A stretch of DNA of 64,000 nucleotides from Tubiluchus corallicola (Eukaryota > Animalia > Priapulida): assembly GCA_030141605.1 (NCBI GenBank), contig JAQGDQ010000413.1, positions 124,001 through 188,000 of the forward strand, given 5' to 3'. Shown here piece by piece: positions 45,708 to 60,116 of this stretch (its first letter is position 1; each line of letters begins with the position of its first letter). A program made the position numbers and the translations under genes. The notes under the pieces are model-generated. The model was not told where the DNA came from and made no database searches. It saw nothing but the letters and a program-made list of their open reading frames with translations.

Positions 45708-47506
45708 GTTTTTATCTCACTCTTATGTGTTGTATACATGCTCTGTATTTTTAACACGTGCCAGTTGACTGAATAAGTAAGTAAATAAATAAGTGAGTAA
45801 ATAAATAAATAAGTAAGTGAATAAATAAAGAAATAAATAAATAAGTATATAAATAAATAAATAGATAAATAAATATATAATTATGATGGGTTGATAGCTT
45901 AATAACTGACTTATTATTTTACTGATATACAACCCATTTTGGTCAAGATGGACAAAGTGAATTAGCCATCTAAATAAAATCAAATATCAGCTCCCACTAT
46001 ACTTGTGCACATAGCCAAACACTCGCGACGCCAAGTATAGATAAAAGCAGCTTGTTTTGCTTAGAAAAGTCTGAGCATTATGGACTCTATAGATCTCAGT
46101 GAGGGCTTGTACACTTTGTATAGTTTGTACACTTATGCACTGTAAATATTTAATGCAAATTTGTACAAGATTTTATGTTTATGTGTTGAGCTTGGTTATC
46201 TGTATACTAGGTGCTTATAGGCTAAATTTATGAGCTCAGTATATACTTTAGAATAATGTGAGTCGAAGTTGCATACAAACATGTAATAAAAACGTCACCC
46301 TATAATATAAAAATAATAAACTGCTTACTAAAAAGGAACAAGGAAATTATGTGCTTTAGTAATAATTATGCATTTAAATACACGAAAGGGTCAACTTCTA
46401 GGAATGAACGTGTTTATTGAGCGAAGATCGTTTTGGCCATTGAAGCCATTATCAAACTATAAATCGAGCCAAAAAGAAGAATAAACAATCCATTAATGAT
46501 ACAAAGGTACAAACTGAAGCTACAAAACAACAGATTAGAATTTAACTTATCAAAATAAACGGAATAAATTGTACAAAACAATCATACTATTCTATAGGGC
46601 AATCGAATTTCGCTTTTTCTCGGTAACACACTACAAACAGTTTTGATTTTTAGTTCTCACTTTTGTTGTCGCACCACAAGCAGTTGTTTGAAACTCAAGT
46701 ATTTAATTGTGCATTTGTTGGGAATATTTCATTTTTTGTTTTAACTGCATAATTTTTGTGATATCAATCATATCATTCACTTACTTCTGGGTATTTCGCT
46801 TTTGCTTATTTCCGTTTTTATTGTTTATCTTGTAAAAAACATTTGTTAATGAGCGTTTAAGTGTATATACAATTATTCACTGTTTCTTATTCACTTGACT
46901 ACGGCAAATATGACAAAATTTCGTTTTATGAACAACCCGCTATCTAATAAATTTTATTTCATTTTATTAACGAAATGGATACTGCTCTTGTTATAAAGAG
47001 TTTAAAAACCCAATGATGAATTTTCTTTTTTTCATTGCAGGATTTTATGTTTCGGGTGACCTGCACTTTAGTAGTACGCCTACATTGAAGAATTTATTAA
47101 AGCTTTGGTTAATAATAGACGAAATGACTGTACGAAGCCAATACATACGGAAGCCCAAACTGATTATCCATAAAAGGCAATTCCCTATTTGATTTTCCCT
47201 TTCTGTACTCTCTAAACGCATGGTCAATATTTCCACAAAAAGACTAAACAGGGAGAACATTAGTCGGCCTATTTACGCACGTGCCATTTTCCCCCAGTTA
47301 CCCACTCGTTATCCGTATTAGTGAAAGGTCTGTGTTGTGATTTGGCAAGCCAATTAATTACGATTATTATTCACGCTAACACGTGACAACACGCCTTACC
47401 TTATATAGTCAATAACTAACCAATAATGTGATTCAGGTGAGTGTATCTCGACAAGAGACCTTATACATGTATTGTAGAGGCTTAGGAAGGTATACACAAT
47501 AATATA

Positions 47507-48079
47507 CAGGGTGTCTATAAAGTGTCTATATTTACAGTTTTAAAAATTTATTACAAAGGCAGTTCACAAGATTTGTTAACTAGATTTGTTCTAATGTAAT
47601 CAGTGGTTGTCAAAGTTTTTTTAACTCATTTAATAGACCTCTATATGGACACCATTAGTTGCACGAAGCACGTCAAGACGGAACTCGATTTCTTGCCATG
47701 AGCATAGCCTCATCAATGATGGCGATGGCATCAAAAATCCTCCTGCTTCAAGTCAATAATCTCCCGTATCTTTGTTCGATACACGACGTCTTTCACATAA
47801 CCCCATGGATCTCTTCCATACTTAGTTCTGTAGTTTCGCTGAATCTGCACATATTATTAAACCATTATGCACATTGTGCCTTCTCTCTTGAGGGGTGACC
47901 ATTTTTGGGGGTTTCAGTTAACAATACCTTCTATCAACAGGAGACCTACATAAAACATTTCAATGTGATCTCAAACTTAAATAAACGCTGAATAAAACAA
48001 AACAAATCTGTTAAGATATCTTGTCAACTGCCTTTGTAATAAATTTTTAAAATTGTAAACAGACTTTATAGACACCCTG
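47507..48079 (-). mobile_element. Internally deleted Tc1/mariner element (DD41D/rosa-like)
   Basis: TA-flanked ~80-bp imperfect TIRs starting CAGGGTGTCTATAAAGT. The minus strand of 47635-47805 encodes frameshifted WGYVKDVVYRTKIREIIDLKQ / RIFDAIAIIDEAML / WQEIEFRLDVLRATNGVHIEVY, a transposase C-terminus. Confidence 0.9.
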
Positions 48080-48984
48080 TATAAAATTAATTCCATTCTT
48101 AAATTTACGATATTTATAAAAATGGAAATCATTTTCATGGTTTACAAATTTATCTTCTTGTGTTTTATATGTCTGTGTACGAGCGTTTAGCTTGTGCTTT
48201 TATAAGTACGTTGCTATTGACAGGAGATATTTTAAAGCAAATGAAAAAGGTTTCAGATAAAGGGGAAAGATTCTGTGAGAAGTGTACTTATAAGAGATCA
48301 GAGAGGGGCAACGTGAAAACTTCTGGCACATGTTTAAGTTTAGGAACGAATGGAAAAATGTCTCAACAGCATTTCTCATAAAAGTAACGAAAAAAGGTAG
48401 CAACCGATTGTACAGTAGAACTCCAACCCCCCCCCCCCCCCCAAGTCGTCAACATTGAGACAGACAATCCGGTTTGTAATCTGTCAATTTAGTGGAGTCA
48501 ACTTTTTAGAATTAGAATTTACTGCTAGATTTACCGCAGGTTTAGTTACCAGTTTAATTGTGGATGCGGTACTCCATGGAGGTCGATCACTGAGATTGGA
48601 TTTGTAGAAAAGTTGAAAAAGCTGTCTGCACAAATATACTTACTTCATTTCGTAAATTTAATGATGTTATTATGTACAAAGCAAAGCAACGTCTCTTGGC
48701 ATTTCCGTAGGTGCCCTCGCTTTAAATGAGGTCGTCAAAGTTTATTTTGGCATTAAAAATTGATCAGGTATAGTGTGCTCCTGCCATCTACCTGCTAATA
48801 ATAAAATGAAAAACTCTCGCTGCGGTAAATTTAGCTCTTTCCATGCGACAAGTCACGCATGCGGGTATAATAAGTGCACATTTTCGACGTTCAGAGATTT
48901 AAAAGTTGATCTTGTTGCTGCTTCTTCTTAAATTAAGATACTGAATTTGTGTAACTTTGTGCTCAAAAGATCACTTTACTCCTA

Positions 48985-49330
48985 TTTCAAATATCCTATG
49001 TCGAGCAGCTAAAGTATCATTTTATCAATTTTTCTCAAATCGAGTTGTACCGATTTGGAACTCATTGCCTGAATATGTTGATGGTGCAGCCCTCGTAACT
49101 GCACAAAATATTAAGTTATTTAAAAACCGCTTATATAAAGTTAACTTGCATAAATTCCTTGTACACAATAGACACATGTAAGCAGTTAATCTCTTTGTGT
49201 GTTTACCCACACTCTTGCAAACATTTTATTTGTATATTTTTTGCCAACCTGTTTTATATATATATATATATATTGTTTTCATTGTAGACTGTATTTTACT
49301 ATTGGGGGTGAATAAACTAAATAAATAAAA
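48985..49330 (+). mobile_element. CR1-clade LINE 3' fragment
   Basis: FFSNRVVPIWNSLPEYV...AQNIKLFKNRL motif; AATAAA-rich tail at 49311-49334. Confidence 0.85.
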
Positions 49331-49744
49331 TAAATTAAATGGTAAACTTGTAAAGCCAAATAAAACAAAACACCATGCCCGTAAGTTGTGCTTTTTGAAC
49401 TTTTTTACAGAAACACATTCTTTATTTTGAAGAAGCTATATCGCTGGACCTCGCTTTGTTTTATTTCTTTTTCAAAAGTTATATCATCTGCTCCAGAATT
49501 ACGCAATCCGTATGCTTTATGCTTAATGGATATTGATGAGATTTCTTGGTTTTTGGACATATGCATGGACAGGAACTTCACCACAGAAATTTTGAAAAAC
49601 TAACAAAATGTGATTGTATAATAATTATTATACCCAGCAGATGCAGTTTTTCAAAAAACTATTCTTATCTGAGACGTGTAACAAAACAGTTTTTCGACAC
49701 GTGTTTTCTAAATACACGCTATTATTGAAGGACTATATATACTG

Positions 49745-50048
49745 CAACCCAACATACGTAAACGATAATATATATTCATCCACAAAGTTTATTTACCCAC
49801 GTCCATTTTAAATTATATGTATATATTGTATGTAGTCTATTATAATTTGCGTGTAACATTATAATGTATATTTTGTTTTAAATTTTTGGCACAGTAGTTT
49901 TTAGTTTGCACTGGACGCATTTGCCTTTAACAGTTGTGTGAATTTTATTCTCATGCTGCGATGTTCTTTTATGCTTTTATAGTTATGAATATCGATTTTG
50001 TTATGGCAAATAAAGATTATTATTATATATATATATATATATATATAT
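49745..50048 (+). mobile_element. L2/Crack family X 3' end, copy 2, with (AT)n tail
   Basis: Near-identical to 21640-21911. Confidence 0.85.
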
Positions 50049-51229
50049 TGCAAATGTGATTATCTTCTACAAACAGACTAAAAGAAATCTTGCTTGTGAA
50101 AATGTAAATAAATACCTTTTAAAGGGAAATTTTGATATTATGGCTGCTATATTAGTCTAAATGATAGCGGTTGTGGGTTTTCGTAATCAAAATTCAGCAC
50201 AACGATGTATGGTCGCTCAACTTTATGGAAGAAAAATGCTTTTGCTGTTTCTGATAACTCAGTACGATATTACGCTGCACAGATCAATCAAAAATACTGA
50301 TACTTCTGCTAAATTAAAGACACGACAATTTTAATTGATCGCTAGAGGGTAAACTTTTCTTGCCGTCTGAACCTAGGGTTACGTCGCCTGTTGAAAACTC
50401 ATCGCTTTAACACTTTCGTCACGGTGATGGAAGAAATTATTGATGACATTTCTCAGGCCTCGCGGCGACGCTCGGCAAAATACGAAAATATACAGAATTT
50501 TAGATCAGCGAGCGGCATGTTGGGCTTAAATATTAGATGTTGCTACACGTGTATTGCATGCTGTCTGTTGCTGTCTGTTGTCTGAGTTCTGACAAGCTGG
50601 CTGCTGGCACTGTTCTTGAGAAATGCAATTGAAATGCTAAAAATTTTCAAACACCTGGATGGTTGTGTAAAGATGATGAATGGACACTGTTAAATTTTTA
50701 GTTCAAAGGAATAAGAGAGAATTTTTCGAAAAGGCAACAGTAGTAGGGCCACGTAAGAGCATCAATGTTGAAACTGTTTAGGATTCAATCGTGTTTATTT
50801 TCTACAGCAAGTTTGCTCTTTCATACAGATCTTAGTTACAATGTTTCCCCACATATGGCAATCAACGGCTATAGAAATTTTCATAAATAATCGATGTTTT
50901 AAGCTAAGCTTACAACTTTAATTGTTTATGTACAAACACAGCACACAAATCATGAAACACTTGACCACAATATATATTATAATTAACTTATTAACACATT
51001 TTAATCGAGAAATCTGCTAATACAAGAATAATACATGGAATATTTTAATAATAACAGGCCGGCCTAGGATTCTCTTTCTGTTTTTTCTTAAAGCTTTTAA
51101 GATCAAGTTTATTTTTGCTTCAACACAACACATTTACATAATACATGTACATGTATTAGCAAACAAGATATTATTAGAAACTAAGAGTCCTAGTAGTTTT
51201 TCCTTATTAATATTATCATTATTGTTATG

Positions 51230-51636
<407 letters not shown>

Positions 51637-52719
51637 CATAATGATTTAAATTGAAGTTCTCAGCATACCACTGTGTCGCATATCACTTTGAAAGCAGGGC
51701 TTGCTTGGGTGATTTGTCAGTAAAAAGAGAAATGATTAAGAAAGTTTTAATAAGGAGAGGTTAGACAGTGGTCACTATGATAGAGTAATGACCGAAGATT
51801 AAAGGTATAGGTAGAGCCTACAGATATATATTCACACTTAATTCCAAAGAAATGTTATTGTGCAAATATGGATAACCGGTTTTAAAATATAGACGCTATA
51901 AGGCCTATAAAATGCTATTTCAGAAACATTTCCTTAAAACCTAAAACCAAGCGTTTGCTAATCTACATTAAATACTGTCCGCACGCAGAACAATACTGCA
52001 ATAGCAGCAGTAGCTCTTAAGATCAGTAATTTCCATAGTAATTTAACATTAAGAAGCGTTCACACTAGCACAAGATTAACAGTGTTCACACTGGTTTTTG
52101 TTACGCCTCTGGTATGGATGACACAAAGTGCCGACGATTGTAACCACATCCCGTTTAGATCTTTTGGCTGGCTAATGTAGCGAGAGAAATTCTAATTATT
52201 TCTATCCGGTTGCACAAATTCTGCCCGAGACGCTTATTAATGAATGCTGTTGGTGCCCCCTAATACCGGAAATCCAAAATAAGAGGCGCCTCCAAAGAGA
52301 ATTCTTAAAAATCGTAACTGTAGCTAAAGTATGTAGGACAATGTGACCAGTTTTTACAATTTATTTTAAATACTAAAAAGTGGCAGTTGCTGTAGTAGAG
52401 ATTATTATTATTAAAAAAGGCAGTTTTAGCTTGTTTCTCAAAAAAAAAAGAAATTATAAGTGTCTGACTTTTGTTTGATTGGCCAGAATTTTTAAAGTGT
52501 GCACACCAAAAATTTGTGTTTAAACTGTTATATATTAGAACAAGTACTTGAAATAGTTAATAAACGTACTGGTAATATATTATTAGCGTTAGATCACTAT
52601 TTCTTGGTATTTCACTTCATTATTTTCTTCTCTTCTATTTTCTTTTTCACTATTTTCTATTTTCTTCTTTCATTATCACTTCTCTTGGTGCATCACTGTT
52701 TCACTTCATTTGGTGATCA

Positions 52720-53248
52720 AAAATTAAAATGAATTTAATTTACGAAAAAATTAAACTTAAGTGCAATGTGACGTCATTAGTTAACCTGTTTTATGAAAAA
52801 ATTAAACTCAAGTGCAATGTGACGTCATTAGTTAACCTGTTTTATGAAAAAATTAAACTCAAGTGCAATGTGGCGTCATTAGTTAGCCTGTTTTATGAAA
52901 AAAATAAACTTAAGTGCAATGTGACGTCATTAGTTAGCCTGTTTTATGAAAAAATTAAACTTAAGTGCAATGTGACGTCATTAGTTAGCCTGTTTTATGA
53001 AAAAATTAAACTTAAGTGCAATGTGACGTCATTAGTTAGCCTGTTCTATAAAAAAATTAAACTTAAGTGCAATGTGACGTCATTAGTTAGCCTGTTTTAT
53101 GAAAAAATTAAACTTAGGTGCAATGTGACGTCATTAGTTAGCCTGTTCTATGAAAAAATTAAACTTAAGTGCAATGTGACGTCATTAGTTAGCCTGTTTT
53201 ATGAAAAATTTAAGCTTAAGTGAAATATGACGTCATTAGTTATCCTGT
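52720..53248. repeat. 51-bp minisatellite, ~10 copies, each carrying TGACGTCA
   Basis: Unit TTTTATGAAAAAATTAAACTTAAGTGCAATGTGACGTCATTAGTTAGCCTG. Confidence 0.97.
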
Positions 53249-53719
53249 ACAAAAACCTTAATTCAAAAACCTTAATTTGGTTATCTAACTTGCAACGTTT
53301 CCTCAAAATGACTACGTCAGCACTATCAGTCAACTTTATTGTAATACACAAGTAAATATGAATTAATTATATTAACCCGCGCTAATTAAAACTGTCTTTA
53401 TTCAGTGAAAACCTCCTGGCGATGCATTGATATTTTAACTGCACATTAGCAACGCAATGTTTAATTTACCGTTAAAGTGAAAAAGTGAAAATTGTCAATT
53501 TGCCACTTGACTTGAGCTGCATTTTTAATGCTAAACATTAAAAACGTGGTCGAAATGATTTCAGCAGCTGAAATTGTAGTCAATACGTTGCTGCCGATAA
53601 AAATTGTGAAATTTCTTTCTGCTCTTGCTGGTGCCGCGTTTCTGTTCTGCTCATGAGCTGAGTTAGTTAATTAGAAACGTGGGGAATTTAATTTTAAGAC
53701 TAGTGTGGTTATCACTGTC

Positions 53720-53736
53720 ACTGTTGCTGCTGCTGC

Positions 53737-53773
<37 letters not shown>

Positions 53774-54497
53774 GCTGTTGTTGTTGTTTGTCGTTGCTGT
53801 TGTTGTTGTTGTTGTTGCTGTTGTTATTGTTGTTGCTGCTGTTGCTGTTGTTGTTGTTGTTTGTTGTTGCTTTTGTTGTTGTTTTTGCTGCTGCTGCTGT
53901 TGCTGTGTTGTTGTTTGCTGCTGCTGCTGTTGTTGTTGTTGCTGTTGCTGCTGTTGTTGTTGTTGTTTGTTGTTGTTGTTGTTGTTGCTGCTGCTGCTGC
54001 TGTTGTTGTTGTTGTTGCTGTCGTCGTCGTCGTCGTCGTCGTCGTCACTGTTCATCATCATTAATAAATTCAATAAATTTTTGTTCTTGTCACTGTTGTC
54101 ATTGCCGTTGTTGCTGTTAATGAAGTTGTCGTCGTCGTCGTCATCTGTCTTGCTGCTCTTGTGGTGTCCTTGGTGTTATAGCCATTGTTGCTGCTGTTAC
54201 TACTTGTGGTGTTGTTGTAACTAATAGCGTTGTTGTTGGCATTGTTGTCATTACTGCCGCTCATAAGTTTTACTTGTTGTTGTTGTTGTTGTTGCTGTTG
54301 CTGTTGCTATTGTTGTAGCTGTAGTTGCTGTCATTGTTGTTGTTGATGCTGCTGCTGCTGGTGTTGCTGTTGTTGTTGTTGTTGCTGTTGTTATTGTTGT
54401 TGCTGTTGCTGTTGTTGTTGTTGTTGCTGCTGCTGCTGTTGTTGCTGTTGTTGTTTGTTGTTGCTTTTGTTGTTGTTTTTGCTGCTGCTGCTGCTGC

Positions 54498-54540
<43 letters not shown>

Positions 54541-55290
54541 GCTGTTGTTATTGTTGTTGCTGCTGTTGCTGTTGTTGTTGTTGTTTGTTGTTGCTTTTGT
54601 TGTTGTTTTTGCTGCTGCTGCTGTTGCTGTTGCTGTTGCTGTTGTTGTTGTTGTTGTTGTTGCTGCTGCTGCTGCTGTTGTTGTTGTTGTTTGTTGTTGC
54701 TTTTGTTGTTGTTTTTGCTGCTGCTGCTGCTGTTGTTGTTGTTGTTGCTGTCGTCGTCGTCGTCGTCGTCGTCACTGTTCATCATCATTAATAAATTCAA
54801 TAAATTTTTGTTCTTGTCACTGTTGTCATTGCCGTTGTTGCTGTTAATGAAGTTGTCGTCGTCGTCGTCATCTGTCTTGCTGCTCTTGTGGTGTCCTTGG
54901 TGTTATAGCCATTGTTGCTGCTGTTACTACTTGTGGTGTTGTTGTAACTAATAGCGTTGTTGTTGGCATTGTTGTCATTACTGCCGCTCATAAGTTTTAC
55001 TTGTTGTTGTTGTTGTTGCTGTTGCTGTTGCTATTGTTGTAGCTGTAGTTGCTGTCATTGTTGTTGTTGATGCTGCTGCTGCTGGTGTTGTTGTTGTTGT
55101 TGCTGCTGCTGCTTGCTGCTGTTGTTATTGTTGTTGTTGTTGCTGCTGCTGTTGTTGTTATTGTTGTTGCTGTTCCTGTTATTATTGTTGTTGTTGTTGT
55201 TGCTGCTGCTGCCGCTGCCATTATTGTTGCTGTTGTTGTTGTTATTGTTGTTGTTGCTGCTGCTGGAGCTGTTGTTGTTGTTAGTACTGT
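53720..55290. repeat. (GTT/GCT)n low-complexity block containing a 727-bp-period duplication
   Basis: ~54020-54360 is repeated at ~54750-55090. Confidence 0.93.
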
Positions 55291-55802
55291 TACGACTGTG
55301 TTGCTCATACTTGTTAATCTTGTTGCTGTGGGCACAGCGGCCGTTGCTGTTATCGTTGGTTCTGCTGCTGGTTTTTGTTACCGTTTTCGTCATGTTCTAT
55401 TGACATCTATCAAACATTTTAAAACGAGAAACGTTATTTGACAAGCTTTGAATGCAACTTGTGATTTTTAACTACGAACTAGGCAGGCATCGTAACAGTC
55501 TAAATATTTGATATACGGTAATGAATGGGCGCGCACGTGGACAACTTATTTGTCTTGTCATTCGACCCACACCAATCAATTGCCATGCCATACAGTGGCG
55601 CATGAATAAATTTGTTTGTCCAAATTAAATACGTCCTATAGGAAATGAGAGAGATGTTGGTACAGATTTAACATGGAGTCACTGCTTTATATGGAAAGCG
55701 ATTGTACCAGATGTAGTTTTGTGGCCACAACGCAAGACAACGTTCAGAGCTGTTTGAAGCTTATATTATATGTCATATCAATTTGTTATAGCTGTGAAAA
55801 TC

Positions 55803-58315
55803 TGTGTATTATTTTGATTTGTATGCTTGTAGAGTCTGCAAAACTCAATAAAACACTTCTATTTTAAGTACGAGATGTTTTAGATTTGTGTATTATTTTG
55901 ATTTGTATGCTTGTAGAGTCTGCAAAACACAATAAAACACTTCTATTTTAAGTACGAGATGTTTTAGATTTGTGTATTATTTTGATTTGTATACTTGTAG
56001 TGTCTGCAAAACTCAATAAAGCACTTCTATTTTAAGTACGAGATGTTTTAGATTTGTGTATTATTTTGACTTGTATGCATGTAGAGTCTGCAAAACTCAA
56101 TAAAGCAGTTCTATTTTAAGTACGAGATGTTTTAGATTTGTGTATTATTTTGATTTGTATGCTTGTAGAGTCTGCAAAACTCAATAAAACACTTCTATTT
56201 TAAATACGAGATGTTTTAGATTTGTGTATTATTTTGATTTGTATGCTTGTAGAGTCTGCAAAACTCAATAAAACACTTCTATTTTAAGTACGAGATGTTT
56301 TAGATTTGTGTATTATTTTGATTTGTATGCTTGTAGAGTCTGCAAAACTCAATAAAACACTTCTATTTTAAGTACGAGATGTTTTAGATTTGTGTATTAT
56401 TTTGATTTGTATGCTTGTATAGTCTGCAAAACTCAATAAAACACTTCTATTTTAAGTACGAGATGTTTTAGATTTGTGTATTATTTTGATTTGTATGCTT
56501 GTATAGTCTGCAAAACTCAATAAAACACTTCTATTTTAAGTACGAGATGTTTTAGATTTGTGTATTATTTTGATTTGTATGCTTGTATAGTCTGCAAAAC
56601 TCAATAAAACACTTCTATTTTAAATACGAGATGTTTTAGATTTGTGTATTATTTTGATTTGTATGCTTGTAGAGTCTGCAAAACTCAATAAAACACTTCT
56701 ATTTTAAGTACGAGATGTTTTAGATTTGTGTATTATTTTGATTTGTATGCTTGTATAGTCTGCAAAACTCAATAAAGCACTTCTATTTTAAGTACGAGAT
56801 GTTTTAGATTTGTGTATTATTTTGATTTGTATGCTTGTAGAGTCTGCAAAACTCAATAAAACACTTCTATTTTAAGTACGAGATGTTTTAGATTTGTGTA
56901 TTATTTTGATTTGTATGCTTGTAGAGTCTGCAAAACTCAATAAAACACTTCTATTTTAAGTACGAGATGTTTTAGATTTGTGTATTATTTTGATTTGTAT
57001 GCTTGTAGAGTCTGCAAAACTCAATAAAACACTTCTATTTTAAATACGAGATGTTTTAGATTTGTGTATTATTTTGATTTGTATGCTTGTAGAGTCTGCA
57101 AAACTCAATAAAACACTTCTATTTTAAGTACGAGATGTTTTAGATTTGTGTATTATTTTGATTTGTATGCTTGTATAGTCTGCAAAACTCAATAAAGCAC
57201 TTCTATTTTAAGTACGAGGTGTTTTAGATTTGTGTATTATTTTGATTTGTATGCTTGTATAGTCTGCAAAACTCAATAAAACACTTCTATTTTAAGTACG
57301 AGATGTTTTAGATTTGTGTATTATTTTGATTTGTATGCTTGTAGAGTCTGCAAAACTCAATAAAACACTTCTATTTTAAGTACGAGATGTTTTAGATTTG
57401 TGTATTATTTTGATTTGTATGCTTGCAGAGTCTGCAAAACTCAATAAAGCACTTCTATTTTAAATACGAGATGTTTTAGATTTGTGTATTATTTTGATTT
57501 GTATGCTTGTATAGTCTGCAAAACTCAATAAAACACTTCTATTTTAAGTACGAGATGTTTTAGATTTGTGTATTATTTTGATTTGTATGCTTGTATAGTC
57601 TGCAAAACTCTAAAACACTTCTATTTTAAGTACGAGATGTTTTAGATTTGTGTATTATTTTGATTTGTATGCTTGTATAGTCTGCAAAACTCAATAAACA
57701 CTTCTATTTTAAGTACGAGATGTTTTAGATTTGTGTATTATTTGATTTGTATGCTTGTAGAGTCAGCAAAACTCAATAAAACACTTCTATTTTAAATACG
57801 AGATGTTTTAGATTTGTGTATTATTTTGATTTGTATGCTTGTATAGTCTGCAAAACTCAATAAAACACTTCTATTTTAAATACGAGATGTTTTAGATTTG
57901 TGTATTATTTTGATTTGTATGCTTGTATAGTCTGCAAAACTCAATAAAACACTTCTATTTTAAGTACGAGATGTTTTAGATTTGTGTATTATTTTGATTT
58001 GTATGCTTGTAGAGTCAGCAAAACTCAATAAAACACTTCTATTTTAAGTACGAGATGTTTTAGATTTGTGTATTATTTTGATTTGTATGCTTGTATAGTC
58101 TGCAAAACTCAATAAAACACTTCTATTTTAAGTACGAGATGTTTTAGATTTGTGTATTATTTTGATTTGTATGCTTGCAGAGTCTGCAAAACTCAATAAA
58201 GCACTTCTATTTTAAATACGAGATGTTTTAGATTTGTGTATTATTTTGATTTGTATGCTTGTAGAGTCTGCAAAACTCAATAAAACACTTCTATTTTAAG
58301 TACGAGATGTTTTAG
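55803..58315. repeat. 84-bp satellite array, ~30 monomers
   Basis: Unit TGTGTATTATTTTGATTTGTATGCTTGTAGAGTCTGCAAAACTCAATAAAACACTTCTATTTTAAGTACGAGATGTTTTAGATT. Confidence 0.98.
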
Positions 58316-58559
58316 CAGATTGAAAAAGTCATAATTACTTATTTTTTTAAGTTGAATTGTTGTTAACCGCCCGACCTGTAGTTCGCTACCCTTTCGGTTC
58401 ATTAATCTTCACAGGCTACAGTTTATTTTATTTTTTCACTTTAGTTACTCTAGATGTTTTTGACCAAGTATTTTGTAGTTGAAATTTACAGCTTTAAATC
58501 ATATAAACGGAATAGCTAGGTCGATAGTGGCGGTTTGCTGAGCATGTGAAGTAACGTGC

Positions 58560-59480
58560 GAACGTACAGCTTCAGTGTGAGTAGGACAAAGTAAAAACAA
58601 ACCAATTTTCCATGAATAGCGGAAAATAAACAATGTCGAGGTGGAGTAAGACGAAAATAAGTAGACCTTAAGTGTTGCATGATAAAACGAAAATAAACTG
58701 CTTCAGTGTGAATAGGGCAAAGTAAAAACAAACCAATTTTCCAATGTCGAGGAAAATAAACAATGTCGAGGTTAAACCGAAATTAAACTGCTTCAGTGTG
58801 AGCAAACATTTTTTAAAATAAATTTGAGGTATTAACAGGTTAAAGTAATCAACTGTCTTCGTGTGACAATAAGATATAATGCAATTAAACTACTATTACA
58901 TAAAATTTATAGTGAAATGTGAATAAACTAATTTAGAATAAGTAGAGAAAAACAAAATAAGGTGCTTCGACGTAAAAAGGGTAAAAATGAAAATAACTAC
59001 TTTAATGTTGTTAAGGCAAAACTAGAATAACCTAGTTTGGTATGAGTTGACTAAAATAAGCGACTTTAGAGGGTTTAGTCACTTCCGCTTGTGAATGAGG
59101 AAATAAGTTGGTTGAGTGTAGCCTAAGTATGGGAGAGCGAAAAAAACTGCTTTAGTGTGACTAAACTAAAATGAAATTAAATGGCTTTAGTGTGAGTAAT
59201 TTGAAAAATGAGTAACCTGCTCCAGTGTGAGTAGTATGGTAAACCAAGAACAATCTGCCTCAGTGTGAGTATGGTAAACCTAGAACAACCTGCTTCAGTG
59301 TGAGTATGGTAAACCAAGAACAACAACCTGCTTTAAGTGCGAGCATGATAAACCAAGAACAACCTGCTTCAGTGTGAGTAGTATGGTAAACCAAGAACTA
59401 CCTATTTCAGTGTGAGTAGGATACACTACAGATGAACTGTTTAATACAAGCTGGAAAGTGAACTGCTTTAGCGTGAATAG
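58560..59480. repeat. Diverged ~35-40-bp tandem repeat with TGCTTCAGTGTGAG core
   Basis: Core recurs throughout; best conserved at 59215-59420; larger duplicated block at 58568-58800. Confidence 0.8.
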
Positions 59481-60044
59481 TAACGGCGCAAGCTGTTCCA
59501 GTAATAACTGATGGTTTCCATTTCGCGGGTCTGCTTGCAGACATTTTGTCCATTTCAGCAAAGCAAACACGAAGTTCAGAATGTTATTGTTAATCACTGA
59601 TGACCTGGTGACAGTTCCATCAGTTCACACGTGTCATTCTATGCATGTAAATCAACTTGATTTCTACCAATTTCCGCTGGTTGGCAAAACAAACTCAAGC
59701 AACTCGATGATAACCAGAAAGGTGCAATTTCATCTTCGAGGAGAGAGAGAGTCAATCAAGCTTGAGTAATCGACATATGGACAACTGAGTCGAGGAGACT
59801 GTTTAGCCACCGCTTGCCCTGTCATGTGACACATCTGCTGTAGAAGTTTTATTTGTAACCTTTCCAGCGCGGAATAATATCTAACAAAATAGAATTCCTA
59901 AACTCATTCAATGGTCGCCAAGGAGGTGGGTCCGTTCAATGTGATAATTTAATCATTTGTATGCCAGAGATGCCACTTCGATGCTAAAATTATTTTGGAT
60001 GTGTTCAGACATCAGTAGAGTTCTGAGATATAGATGAAAGGCAA

Positions 60045-60052
60045 ATAACAGC

Positions 60053-60116
<64 letters not shown>

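Noticed and set aside
52729-53223. 164-aa ORF with a 17-aa repeat
   Set aside because: Translation of the 51-bp minisatellite; no splice or homology support.
53663-55441. PolyQ/N/T/L/C ORFs (also 20802-21242, 27838-28576, 44987-45525, 51190-51639)
   Set aside because: Trinucleotide microsatellites that are open in several frames on both strands.
55803-58315. CRISPR-like regular array
   Set aside because: No variable spacers; it is a satellite.
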